Below, piece after piece: positions 1 to 11,417 of a DNA stretch of 27,617 nt. Below the pieces are notes generated by a model. It had not been told where the DNA came from. It searched no databases and saw only the letters and a program-made list of their open reading frames with translations. Origin of the DNA: Octopus sinensis (lineage: Eukaryota); NCBI RefSeq assembly GCF_006345805.1, contig NW_021836937.1, forward strand, positions 1 through 27,617. The letters run 5' to 3'. Made by a program: the position numbers and the translations under genes. How positions within the stretch are numbered: the first letter of the stretch is position 1; each line of letters opens with the position of its first letter.

Positions 1-352
1 AAAATTTTTTTGGCAACTAATTCATTTCTTTATGTTCCAAATTTGGTACAGTTAGAGAGAAATAACCATAGCTTAAGAGCTCGCAGCTTTCTATTTAAAA
101 TATATTAGAGTATTGTTTTATTAGTATAAGCAAGAGAGACAAATCACAATATGATTTTTATATACGATTATCATTTAAAATATTTTAGAGTCTTAATTCT
201 TGCGTGAATACAAGCGTACCCAATTCTAACGTTATTTAACAAGTCACCATTTCTTCTATTTCAAATGTTTTCCATATATATATTTATTCACACACCACAC
301 ACACTTATATATATATATATATATATTATATTATATATATATATATATATAT

Positions 353-573
353 AGTTTGTATTTGTATTGGTTTGCAAGATTCTTGATGTGAATTCTTGTG
401 TTGAAAGAAATAGAATTGAACCTTGGGATGGGCATTTTGTCGGTAATAATAAACACACACACTGGTTCGGTTCTTCATTGTTATTGTTAGATAATGGGTT
501 AGTTACTCCGTTAACCAGTTTATCAACCAGTCGTTTTCTACTAGGTTTTCAAACTCATATGTTAAACACTTTG
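353..573. repeat. Unclassified dispersed repeat 'X' (partial copy), inverted relative to the copy at 18126-18346; one end runs into (TA)n
   Basis: agtttgtatttgtattggtttgcaagattc...gttaaacactttg is the near-identical reverse complement of 18126-18346; the two give near-identical spurious ORFs (367..591 + and 18197..18493 -). Confidence 0.85.
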
Positions 574-1548
574 ACATCTTCGACTGCATGAGGAAATTAA
601 ATTTTCAATTTCTTGCAAGGTGATCTTATTCCATTCTTCCTGAAGGGCATTCCATAATTGCTCGGTTGTTTTAGGATTTCTGGCTTTCAAACGTTCTCCT
701 AGAATATTCCACACATTTTCAATAGGATTGAGATCTGGGCTTTGAGCAGGCCAATCCATAATAATAACCTTTTCAGCCTTGAGGAAGTTCATGACCTCCT
801 TAGCCTTGTGACATGGGGCATTGTCCTGCATGAATATGGGTGGTCGCTTAGTTGAATTTCTCAGCACAGGCAAGACGTGATCTTTTACAAGTTGTTTATA
901 AACTCCTGCATTTACATTTACATGTAATCGCAGCAAAGGGCCCACAACATCTCCAGATATCATCTCCCAAACCATGACACTTCCTCCACCGAATTTAACA
1001 CTAGTCTTAAGGCCATTTAGGCGACAATTTTTCACCTGCTTTTCGACGAACGTACCTTTTCCCATCTGAGCCAAATAACATAGACTTAGATTCATCACTG
1101 AAATGCACCGTTTGCCATTTTTCTTGAGACCAAAACACATGTTCGGTTGCAAAGGTAAGACGACACTTTTTATTCTTGGAGCTGATCAGTGGCTTTACTG
1201 CAGGTGATATTGCTTGTAGGTTATGTTCAACTAAGCGATGAGACACAGTTTTCCGAGAAAACGTTTTCTTCAGTACAATGCTCATTTCCCAAGAAACAGC
1301 AGCAGCAGTTTTAAATCTGTCCTTTTTAACCAACTTTACCATAGCACGATCTTCTCTCGTGGTCGTTTTTCTTGGCCTACCTGTAGACTTTCTTGCTTCA
1401 CACGAACCACAATCATCGAAGACCTTAAGAATATCGTGAACAACACTTTTTGACTTGTTAACAATCTTTGCAATAGACCCAATACTTAAATTATCCTTCT
1501 TTCGAAGCTTATAATCTGCTGACGAATTGGTAACGGAGTAAGTGGCAT
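565..1548 (-). pseudogene. Tc1-family DD34E transposase, frameshifted and C-terminally truncated
   Basis: Joined frames read MPLTPLPIRQQII/KLRKKDNLSIGSIAKIVNKSKSVVHDILK (HTH)...GRPRKTT...FSDESK...KFGGGSVMVW...FMQDNAPCH...WPAQSPDLNPIENVW...SRRCQSV. There are 34 residues between the second D and the E. Frameshifts lie near 1512 and in the 1007-1152 overlap. Confidence 0.95.
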
Positions 1549-1672
1549 TATATTACAAAGTACACTGCAGATATTCTTACTAATGTTTAGTAAACGAACC
1601 ATCACGTAAACAAATTCAAACATTAGAGTTCGCCATTAAATATACTAAACATAAAACACGGAGTAAAAGCAA

Positions 1673-1888
1673 CCGTTCTGATCATTTTGGCCGCCATGGG
1701 TTTTGCAGTAAATCACTAAATCATCCATAACTTTTGTATTATCCTCTCAAATTACACCAAACTCTCAGACAATAACAAATAATATTGTATTTATTGTGTG
1801 CGCAAATTATTGAATATAAAACAACTTTGATAAAAACTTATACCTACTTTTCTGGCGAAAACAATGCCGTTCTGAACATTTTGGCCGC
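1673..1888. repeat. Inner and outer 22-bp direct repeats of the Tc1 left terminal inverted repeat (IR/DR architecture)
   Basis: ccgttctgatcattttggccgc (1673-1694) and ccgttctgaacattttggccgc (1867-1888) match at 21/22, 194 bp apart, upstream of the transposase ATG. The extreme tip (expected TA-CAG...) is missing. Confidence 0.75.
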
Positions 1889-1931
1889 AAAAAGCTTGCT
1901 GCGCATTTGTTTTGAGATTTTAAATGCCTGG

Positions 1932-2017
1932 ATTTTCCTGAAGAGAAAGCTGCAGAATGGTCTCCTTATTCAATCCGAATTTGGGAACTTGCAGCCTTTG
2001 AAACATGTGTAGAAAAT
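1932..2017 (+). ncRNA. Type-I hammerhead ribozyme motif HH0 with extended stem II
   Basis: Stem I attttc(1932-37)/gaaaat(2012-17); core CTGAAGA(1938-44); stem II gaaagctgca/tgcagccttt (one wobble, one mismatch); GAAA(2000-03); stem III ACATGTGT (self-pairing with two G.U); predicted GUA cleavage after 2011. Confidence 0.75.
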
Positions 2018-2225
2018 AATAAAAAGGAATTTTGTAGAATCTTCGTTCGGCTCCATTTCTTCCCTTCACTAAATATATAAAACTTCAATTATCCGCGCTA
2101 AAGCACGGGGGCGAAACCCCATGGTCGTAACCTCAACCGTGTCTTTTCTGGTGTGATTTTTGCTACACAGGTATCGGTGAAATTTTGAATAATCCGTAAC
2201 AAGCTAATTCATTTATCCATTTCAT

Positions 2226-2257
<32 letters not shown>

Positions 2258-2310
2258 CGTTTAAATATTTGTTGTGCAAGATTTTTTATGTGAAGTCGTG
2301 TGTTGAAACG

Positions 2311-2635
2311 ATATTGTTATATTTCGGAATGGTCATATTGCCAGTTTAGCCAATAAAAACACGCACTATATATTTGGTGTTATTTTGCTTCAGTGATATT
2401 TATTTTTTACATTAATCTTAATCTTATTTCGGCCAAAGTTCTTTCGTCACACTCCTGTGACCGCATCAGTGGTCCTTTGTTTTCTTCTCACTTATTTGTG
2501 TCTCTCCTTACTAACCGTCTGCCATTTTGTATTTCTATTGTATGTCTTCATTTGCGCATGCTTATATCTCTATGTGCGTCTATGTTTATTTATTGGCTAA
2601 ACTGGCAATATGACCATTCCGAAATATAACAATAT
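2311..2635. repeat. 325-bp element bounded by perfect 47-bp inverted repeats (MITE-like or fold-back)
   Basis: 2311-2357 atattgttatatttcggaatggtcatattgccagtttagccaataaa is the exact reverse complement of 2589-2635; the right end runs into (TA)n. Confidence 0.8.
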
Positions 2636-2690
2636 ATATATATATATATATAAATATAATATATATATATATATATATTATAAATAAATG

Positions 2691-2738
<48 letters not shown>

Positions 2739-2768
2739 ATAAATGTATATATAAATAATATATATATA

Positions 2769-2815
<47 letters not shown>

Positions 2816-2816
2816 A

Positions 2817-2855
<39 letters not shown>
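2631..2855. repeat. Imperfect (TA)n microsatellite
   Basis: Direct reading. Similar (TA)n/(CA)n tracts occur at about 306-352, 2228-2256, 3248-3300, 15705-15757, 16020-16215, 16480-16575, 18346-18511, 20401-20463, 24345-24441, 25850-26190, 26680-26818 and 27118 onward. Confidence 0.95.
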
Positions 2856-3244
2856 CTCTTTACTCTTTTACTTGTTTCAGTCATTTGACTGCGGCCATGC
2901 TGGAGCACCGCCTTAATCGAGCAACTCGACCCGGGACTTATTCTTTTGTAAGCCCAGTACTTATTCTATCGGTCTCTTTTGCCGAACCGCTAAGTAACGG
3001 GGACGTAAACACACCAGCATCGGTTGTGAAGCAATGCTAGACACACAAACATACACGCACACACATATATATATACATATATACGACGGGCTTCTTTTAG
3101 TTTCCGTCTACCAAATCCACTCACAAGGTATTGGTCGGCCCGGGGCTATAGCAGCAGACACTTACCCAAGGTGCCACGCAGTGGGACTGAACCCGGAACC
3201 ATGTGGTTGCTTATCAAGCTACTTACCACACAGCCACTCCTGCG

Positions 3245-3247
<3 letters not shown>
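2856..3247 (-). mobile_element. tRNA-derived SINE 'A' with CORE-like central segment and CR1-like 3' tail
   Basis: Minus strand starts aggcgcaggagTGGCTGTGTGG (A box)...GGTTCAGTCCC (B box), then ggcaccttgggtaagtgtct (resembles the CORE motif accttgggcaagt). It ends ggcggtgctccagcatggccgcagt...gaaacaagtaaaagagtaaagag. Confidence 0.85.
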
Positions 3248-3293
<46 letters not shown>

Positions 3294-3494
3294 ATATATA
3301 CATGATACATATATCTGTTTGTTTATATAAATAAACGGAGAGATAGAATAAAAAAAGGTTTGATGGCTAGCAGTCAGAAGCATCCATCATTGACTGGGAT
3401 GAAAGCTGCCAAAATTCTACTGTGAATATTTAAAGTTATTCACTTAAATTATATTGAACATATAGTATATAAGAAATGCTTAACTTTCATGTTT

Positions 3495-3496
<2 letters not shown>

Positions 3497-3592
<96 letters not shown>
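3497..3592 (+). repeat. (TATC)n tract, 5' flank of Tx1 copy A
   Basis: Direct reading; preceded by sequence that is not an element 3' end. Confidence 0.95.
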
Positions 3593-3593
<1 letters not shown>

Positions 3594-4137
3594 GGTGGAC
3601 GCGCCTGAAAGGATTAGAGACAAACACTTTCCTCTCTGGTCAATCTCTCATCAACTTCTTCAAGTACCACTTGAAAAGGAGAGTAGAGAGGCAAGTTTTG
3701 TCTAGTAAATATTTTAAAAAAAGATGGGTGAATGTAGCAAGGATGGCACGTATGAATGACGAAGCCACCTTGACCATGATCCTATGAACCGTAAAAATTA
3801 ATACAGAAAGTTGCTTATTTGTAAAAAATTATAAATGTGACTTCATTGACCGAGGTTACCGTGGTCTTTCTTTCCACGTAAGCCTTTCTTTCCACGGGTA
3901 AACTTTACCTGTCCTCCCTTTTACACTTTATATTGACATTTCTGTGACAACGATCCCTATTGATAGATTTTTTCTTTTTCTTTTTATCCCCCGCCTTTTT
4001 TTGCTTCCCTCTTTCTTTCTTTTTACGATCCGTTTTGATCGAAAACCAAACCCCCTTTTTTCTATCCCCAAAAAGTTAAGCTCTACCTTGTAAGTTGTCA
4101 AGTCTGTGTGCAGCCCTGTATGGCTAATAAAGAAACA
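3593..4137 (+). mobile_element. Tx1-clade LINE copy A, heavily 5'-truncated (ORF2 C-terminus plus 3' UTR)
   Basis: Encodes WWTRLKGLETNTFLSGQSLINFFKYHLKR...DEATLTMIL*, matching copies B2 and C; ends gcagccctgtatggctAATAAAgaaaca directly followed by (TATC)n. Confidence 0.92.
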
Positions 4138-4143
4138 TATCTG

Positions 4144-4240
<97 letters not shown>
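4138..4240 (+). repeat. (TATC)n tract between copy A tail and copy B1
   Basis: Direct reading. Confidence 0.95.
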
Positions 4241-4739
4241 AAGGTGTTAGCCAAGAGGTTGGCGCTTGTCATCGAGAAACTGGTCGACAAGGCGCGAACG
4301 TGCACCGTGCCCGGCCGGACCATCCTTGACAACCTCCACCTGATGCGCTACATCATTGACAGGGTAGTTAACGAACCTGGCATGGGTGGGGCGCTGATCA
4401 ATTTGGATCAATCGAATGCTTTCGATAGGGCAGACCATCGATACTTGGAGGCGGTCCTCTGAGCGGCTGGCTTCGGTCCCGTCTTTCGCAGTTGGATAGC
4501 CGCTTTTTACAGAGGCATCCGTTCGGTAATTCGCGTAAATGGACATCTATCGAGACCTTTCGACATCGCACGTTCGGTCTGTCAGGGATGCCCCCTCTCG
4601 GCGCTTCTATACGTATTGACTCTCGAGCCACTATTGCGGAAGCTGGCAACTCTGAGGGGCATCCCGCGAGAACTGGGATGCGGGACGAGCGTGTCTGCAT
4701 ACGCGGACGACGTCACCGTCATAATGTCTAGCCACGTGC
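4241..4739 (+). mobile_element. Tx1-clade LINE segment B1 (RT core fragment)
   Basis: KVLAKRLALVIEKLV...LDQSNAFDRADH...GCPLSALLY...SAYADDVTVI, collinear with copy C (about 9275-9770); in-frame TGA at 4460-4462. Confidence 0.92.
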
Positions 4740-4812
4740 TAGACATACATACATACATACATACATACATACATACATACATACATACATACATACATAC
4801 ATACATACATCT

Positions 4813-6080
4813 ATGGTCAGGCGATCCATTTGCTGTCAACACCCGTCTCCATGACCGAACTGCAGTCGTGGATCAAAAAGAGGCCGAGGAAGGGCGAATG
4901 GCACCGCGAGAGTCGCGTTGCTCTCAAGCAACTCTGCTGTCCTGGGTCGACCTTGAGTGACTTCATTACAACCAAAGCATTCTATAGGGGATTAGTGGAG
5001 GGGAGGTACGACGACGATCTCGGGGCGAACCTGGACGTCGACGAGGAGTACCTGACCCGCCTGTTCAGGACGATTTTCGGGCCAGGGCCCATGGACAACT
5101 TCCAGAGATCCCTGGCCTGGCAGTGCTACCGAGAAGCGCTACCCGTTCGGGATAAGCTCTACAGACATGGCTCGAGAAACACGGGGCCGACCTGCCCGAG
5201 ATGCGGTCAGAGCGACGAAACCGTTCTGCACGCACTCGTGCAGTGTCCAACAATTTCCGACCTGTGGGCTTATGTTGAACAACTGCTGTCACGTGTGGGA
5301 CGTGTCGGTTTATCAGCCGAGTCTATCGTTAATATCGTCACGCCTCCTTCCTTCAAACGGGAAGGAAGAGCTATTTTCATCATCCTTGTGGCTATGGCGA
5401 AAGAATGTATCTGGTGGACGCGTCTGAAAGGATTGGAGACAAACACTTTCCTCTCTGGTCAATCTCTCATCAACTTCTTCAAGTACCACTTGAAAAGGAA
5501 AGTGAGAGTAGAGAGGCAAGTTTTGTCTAGCGAATGTTTTAAAAAAAGATGGGTGAATGTAGCAAGAATGGCACGTATGAATGACGAAGCCACCTTGAGC
5601 ATAATCCTATGAACCAGAAATTGAAAACAGAGGGTTACCCACTTGCAAACAAATGTGGTAACATATAACAATATTGACCAAGGTTACCGTGGTCTTTTTC
5701 GTAGGCTTTCTTCCCACGGATAAAGCTTACTTGCTTTCCCTTTACACCATATATCATAACACACGTGATACACGATCCCTATTGATCGTTTTTTTCCTCT
5801 TCCCCTTTTTCCCCCCTTTTTTCTTCTTTTTTCATTTCTCTTTTCTTTTGTTCCTTTTCCTTTTCTTCTTTTTATTTATTTATTTTAATTTATTTATTTA
5901 TTTTTTAATTTTATTTGTTTTGTTCTTCTTTTTCCCTTTTACGATCCCTTTTAATCGAAAACCTACGCCACCTTTTCTTTTGTTTCTTTTGTTTTTTGTT
6001 TTTTTCATCCCCCAAAAGAAAAGCTCTACCTTGTAACTTGTCCCATTTGTGTGCAGCCCTGTGTGGCCAATAAAGAAACT
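4813..6080 (+). mobile_element. Tx1-clade LINE segment B2 (ORF2 3' third with CCHC motif plus 3' UTR)
   Basis: ORF 4830..5612 contains TCPRCGQSDETVLHALVQCP. There is a ~133-bp internal deletion near 4845 at a CGT microhomology relative to copy C. Ends gcagccctgtgtggccAATAAAgaaact followed by (TATC)n 6081-6225. Confidence 0.92.
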
Positions 6081-6113
6081 TATCTATCTATCTATCTATC
6101 TAACTATCCATCC

Positions 6114-6857
<744 letters not shown>

Positions 6858-6859
6858 AG

Positions 6860-6910
<51 letters not shown>

Positions 6911-6961
6911 GGATAGTTAGATAGATAGATAGATAGATAGGTAGATAGATAGATAGGTAGG

Positions 6962-7003
<42 letters not shown>

Positions 7004-7037
7004 TATAGATAGATAGGTAGATAGATAGGTAGGTAGG

Positions 7038-7096
<59 letters not shown>

Positions 7097-7124
7097 GCAG
7101 ATAGATAGGTAGGTAGGTAGATAA

Positions 7125-7192
<68 letters not shown>

Positions 7193-7430
7193 GCATAACC
7201 CTCTGTGAAACACTTATTGCCGCAGCACTCCGACATGCATATAGGCTCTCTCTCTCTCTCCCTCTCTTACCCACAGTATGTAAAGAACATAAAACATTTT
7301 TGAGGACTAATAAGATACTAGAAATAGCAGCACAACCACGCCCAGAATATAGTTTAACGTTTGTAACAAGGAAAAGAGCAATACACACGCGTGTTTGCGT
7401 GAACGCACGCAGGGCTAGATAGATAGATAA

Positions 7431-7517
<87 letters not shown>

Positions 7518-7555
7518 TAGATAGATAGGTAGATAGATAGATAGGTAGATAGATA
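6858..7555 (-). repeat. (GATA)n tracts 6858-7144 and 7416-7555, separated by (GA)n and ~230 bp of other sequence
   Basis: Direct reading; TATC is on the minus strand here. Confidence 0.9.
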
Positions 7556-7929
7556 TGTTTCTTTATTAGCCACACAAGGCTGCACACAGATAGAACAAAT
7601 TACAAGGTAGAGCTTTTCTTTTGGGGGTAAAACAAAAAAAAAAAGGTGGTGGTGGTTTTCGAACATAAGGGATCGTAAAAGGAAAGAAAGAGGACAAAAA
7701 AAGGGGGGGTTTAAAAAAAAAAAAGGAGGGAAGAGGAAAAAAAATTTTGATCAGTATGGATCGTTATCACACAAATGTCAATATTAAGTGTAAAGGGGAG
7801 GACAGGTGAGGTTTACCCGTGGAAAGAAAAGCCTACGGAAAAGACCAAGGTAACCTCAGTCAATAAAGTCACATGTTATATTTTTTTTTTTTTTGCAAAT
7901 AAGCAACTCTCTGTATTAATTTTTACGGT

Positions 7930-10900
7930 TCATAGAATCATAGTCAAGGTGGCTTCGTCATTCATACGTGCCATCCTTGCTACATTCACCCATCTTTTTT
8001 TAAAACATTCACTAGACAACACTTGCCTCTCTACTCTCACTTTCCTCTTCAAGTGATACTTGAAGAAGTTGATGAGAGATTGACCAGAGAGGAAAGTGTT
8101 TGTCTCTAATCCTTTCAGGCGCGTCCACCAGATACATTCTTTCGCCATAGCCACAAGTATGATAAAAATAGCTCTTCCTACCCGTTTGAAGGAAGGAGGC
8201 GTGACGATATTAACGATAGACTCGGCTGATAAACCGACACGTCCCACACGTGACAACAGTCGTTCGACATAAGTCCACAAGTCGGAAATTGCTGGACATT
8301 GCACGATTGCGTGCAGAACGGTTTCGTCGCTCTGCCCGCATCTCGGGCAGGTCGGCCCCGTGTTTCTCGAGCCATGCCTATAGAGCTTATTCCGAACGGG
8401 TAGCGCTTCTCGGTAGCACCGCCAGGCCAGGGATCTCTGGAAGTTATCCATAGGTCCCGGCCGAAAGTCGTTTGAAACACGCGGGTCAGGTATTCCTCGT
8501 CGACGTCCAGGTTCGCCCCGAGATCGTCGTCGTACCTCCCCTCCACTAATCCCCTATAGAATGCTTTGTTGTGTTGAAGTCACTCAAGGTCGACCCGGGA
8601 CAGCAGAGTTTGCTTGAGAGCAACGCGACACTCGCGGTGCCATTCGCCTTCCTCGGGCCTCTTTTTGATCCACGACTGCAGTTCGGTCATGGAGACGAGC
8701 TGCGGGAAAGCGTGCCTCACAAACGGTGACCACACCTGTTCACCGTCGTCTACATAGAGCCAGAGATGTCGCAGTCTCAGCGCGTGTCTGCGCATCATCA
8801 ACCACGGCATGCCCAGCCCTCCTTTTAACGGGTGTTGACAGCAAATGGATCGCCTAACCATCGGGACGCATCTTTTCCACAAGAAGCGGAAGAGAATGCG
8901 TTCTAGTTTGGTGATGGTAGGGTCGGGACAAGGTAAGACGGTCAGGCGGTAGTAGATGATGTATGCAATGTACGCGTTCGCCACCTCCGCCCGACCTATT
9001 AGGGACAGTTTCCTCTCGGCCCATTGCTGGGCGAGAGTGACCACCCTACTCGTTATCTCGTTCCAGTTTTTCTCCATTTGGAGGTCCGGACCGAACCAGA
9101 CCCCGAGCAACTTAACCGGGCCGTCTGTCCAGCGTCCCACGACGGAGTTACTGGTGGATGGCATGGGTTTGCTTCTCCAGGTGCCGAGCCGCAAGCCCAC
9201 TGACTTTTCCCGGTTGATTTTTGCTCCTGTCACCGCTTCGTAGTCTTTCAGTGTTTCGCCGACCCGCTCGATGTGCGCGTGGCTTGACACTATGACGGTG
9301 ACGTCGTCCGCGTATGCAGACACGCTCGTCCCGCATCCTAATTCTCACAGGATGCCCCTCAGAGTCGCCAGCTTCCGCAGTAGTGGCTCAAGTGTCAATA
9401 CGTATAGAAGCGCCGAGAGGGGGCATCCCTGACGGACCGAACGTGCAATGTCGAAAGGTCTCGATAGATGTCCATTTATGCGAATTACCGAACGGATGCC
9501 TCTGTACAAGGCAGCTATCCAGCCGCGGAAGACGGGACCGAAACCAGCCGTTCTCAGGACTGCCTCCAAGTATCGATGGTCTACCCTATCGAAGGCTTTC
9601 GATTGATCCAAGTTGATCAGGGCCCCACCCATGCCAGGTTCGTTAACTACCCTGTCAATGATGTAGCGCATCAGATGGAGGTTGTCATGGATGCTCCGGC
9701 CCGGCACGGCGCACGTTTGTGCGTTGTCGACCAGTTTCTCGATGACAAGCGCTAACCTCTTGGCTAACACCTTTGTCAAAATTTTCAGGTCTGCATTGAG
9801 CAGAGTGATTGGTCTAAAGTTATCTATAATGTTCCCCTTGTTTGGATCTTTCTTCAGCAGAGTTACAGCTCCTCGACTCACAAAACCGGGTATGCTCCCG
9901 TTTTGCTGCCAGTTGCAGTATACCGCTGCCAAGACGTCTCCAAACAAGTCTGGCATACAATTGTAAAACTCGTAGGGCAGACCATCCAAGCCGGCGATTT
10001 GTCTCTCGAGCATTCTGCCATCGCGTCCTGCACATCCGCCGCCGTGATGGCACCTTCGCAGCAACTCTGCCCTCTTGCCGAGAGTCGTGGTAGGCTGTGC
10101 AGGTAGGCACTGAAGTCCACTCTGCGTTCACGCTCACCACTCGTCCCGTACAGTCGGGCAAAGTGCCGCTGAAATGTCTCGCACATCTTGCTGGGCTCGA
10201 GCAATTCGCGCCCCTGTTCATCTACCAGAGACCGAATGGTGGCTTTGTTGCCCTGCTGCGCCTCCGCCACCGGGCCTCCCTCGCGGCTCCACACCTTCCA
10301 TCCTTAGAGCACGCATCCTAGCCCTGAAAGCACACCCTTCGTGTTTTGGCGTTGAAGTGTTGTTCAAGGCCAACCTCGCCGCTAAAACGCGGATGTGATA
10401 CCACTTCTTAATTGCCTCTTCTAACTTCTTAACTAACTCACCCTCTACTCTATTTCTATCTACGGCTAGTGCCTTGCTATATCTAATTTCTTCCGCTTTT
10501 ACTGCTCTCTTGAGGGCGCCGCCATTTGTTGTTGACAATGGCTCCCGTTAAAGCCCTTTTTCCTAACGTGTTGATTCTGTCTCTGAAAACTTGTCTGGAC
10601 GGGAATGATGCGTTCCAGTTTCCAGTACCCAGGACCCTGTCTATGTGCCTTATCTAAGTCTAGCGTACACGTCACCAATTTGTGATCCGTGTAGCTGACT
10701 GTGTGGAATTGTGGACATCCTAAGTTATCCTTGTCTACTGTCCTACACAGTATCCTATCTAGATACGATCTCGACGACCCACTGCGGTTGCTCCATGTCC
10801 ACGTTGGTGCATTTGGGTGGTCGAGTCGGTACCTGTCAGACAGTTGGAATCGTCCTGAGCAGGTCTCTGAGGCATTTGCATCCCCTTCTGTTTGTGTCTC

Positions 10901-11365
10901 TCCCCACATAGTCTAGATGTGTGTCCAAGGTAGCATTCCAAATCCCCAAAAAAGTAAAGGACGAGACGTTCCCAGGAAACTTCTAGAGTCGAAAGAAATC
11001 CGGGCCGACCTGTTAAGGCAGTGCGGGTGCGTGAACTGATACGAGTCGAAAAGCGCACCCATTGCTGCCGTCGACATCCAGAACGATCAGTCTACCGTCC
11101 GGTGTCTACGAATATCGTCTTGACTTCGAGATCCAGGCTCTTGTGAAAAAGTACCGCGGTGCCACTACCGCCCATCCTCGGCAGACAGGGAGCGAAATAA
11201 ATGTTAAACTGTCCGCCAAACATGGACTTTAGGGCCCGTGGCTCGTGGGTCTGGTCTCACTTATGGCTATGATTTCCAAATCATGTAACTGATGTCATTT
11301 AGGAGGTATCCTTGTTTCCAAGGAGACCCCAAGCCACGCGCATTCACACAACCAATCTTGACCAT
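7930..11365 (-). pseudogene. ORF2 of copy C: APE endonuclease + reverse transcriptase + C-terminal CCHC, disrupted
   Basis: MVKIGCVNARGL...IIAISET...GDWNATLD...TWTWSN...SYLDRIL...YTDHKLV...PGYWKL (L1/Tx1 APE); GLDGLPYEFY...NFRPITLLNADLKIL...LDQSKAFDRVDH...SVRQGCPLS...YADD (RT); CPRCGQSDETVLHAIVQC. Several frameshifts and a CGA>TGA nonsense change near 9345. Confidence 0.93.
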
Positions 11366-11417
11366 GATTTTATTGGGGTGTGTGCTTTAAAACACAAAAG
11401 GAAAGTACAGAGAGTTA

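Noticed and set aside
1242-1273. Minus-strand CTGAAGA...GAAA...GTC hammerhead look-alike
   Set aside because: It lies within transposase codons (VLKKTFSRKTVS), with no stem I pairing and a mismatched stem III.
2095-2130. GAAACC-CCAT-GGTC apparent hammerhead 3' half
   Set aside because: No CUGANGA core, stem II or stem I partner upstream.
2590-2908. ORFs of YIYI, LSIY, THTH or VCVC type throughout the track (also 6789-7666, 13813-14318, 15670-16624, 25784-27611)
   Set aside because: They are stop-free translations of (TA)n, (TATC)n and (CA)n microsatellites.
3170-3247. tRNA genes at the SINE heads (also 22794-22880 and 26820-26890)
   Set aside because: A and B boxes are present but no complete cloverleaf; each continues into a SINE body.
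4830-5612. 260-aa ORF as a host zinc-finger gene
   Set aside because: It is the C-terminal part of Tx1 ORF2, matching copies C and D.
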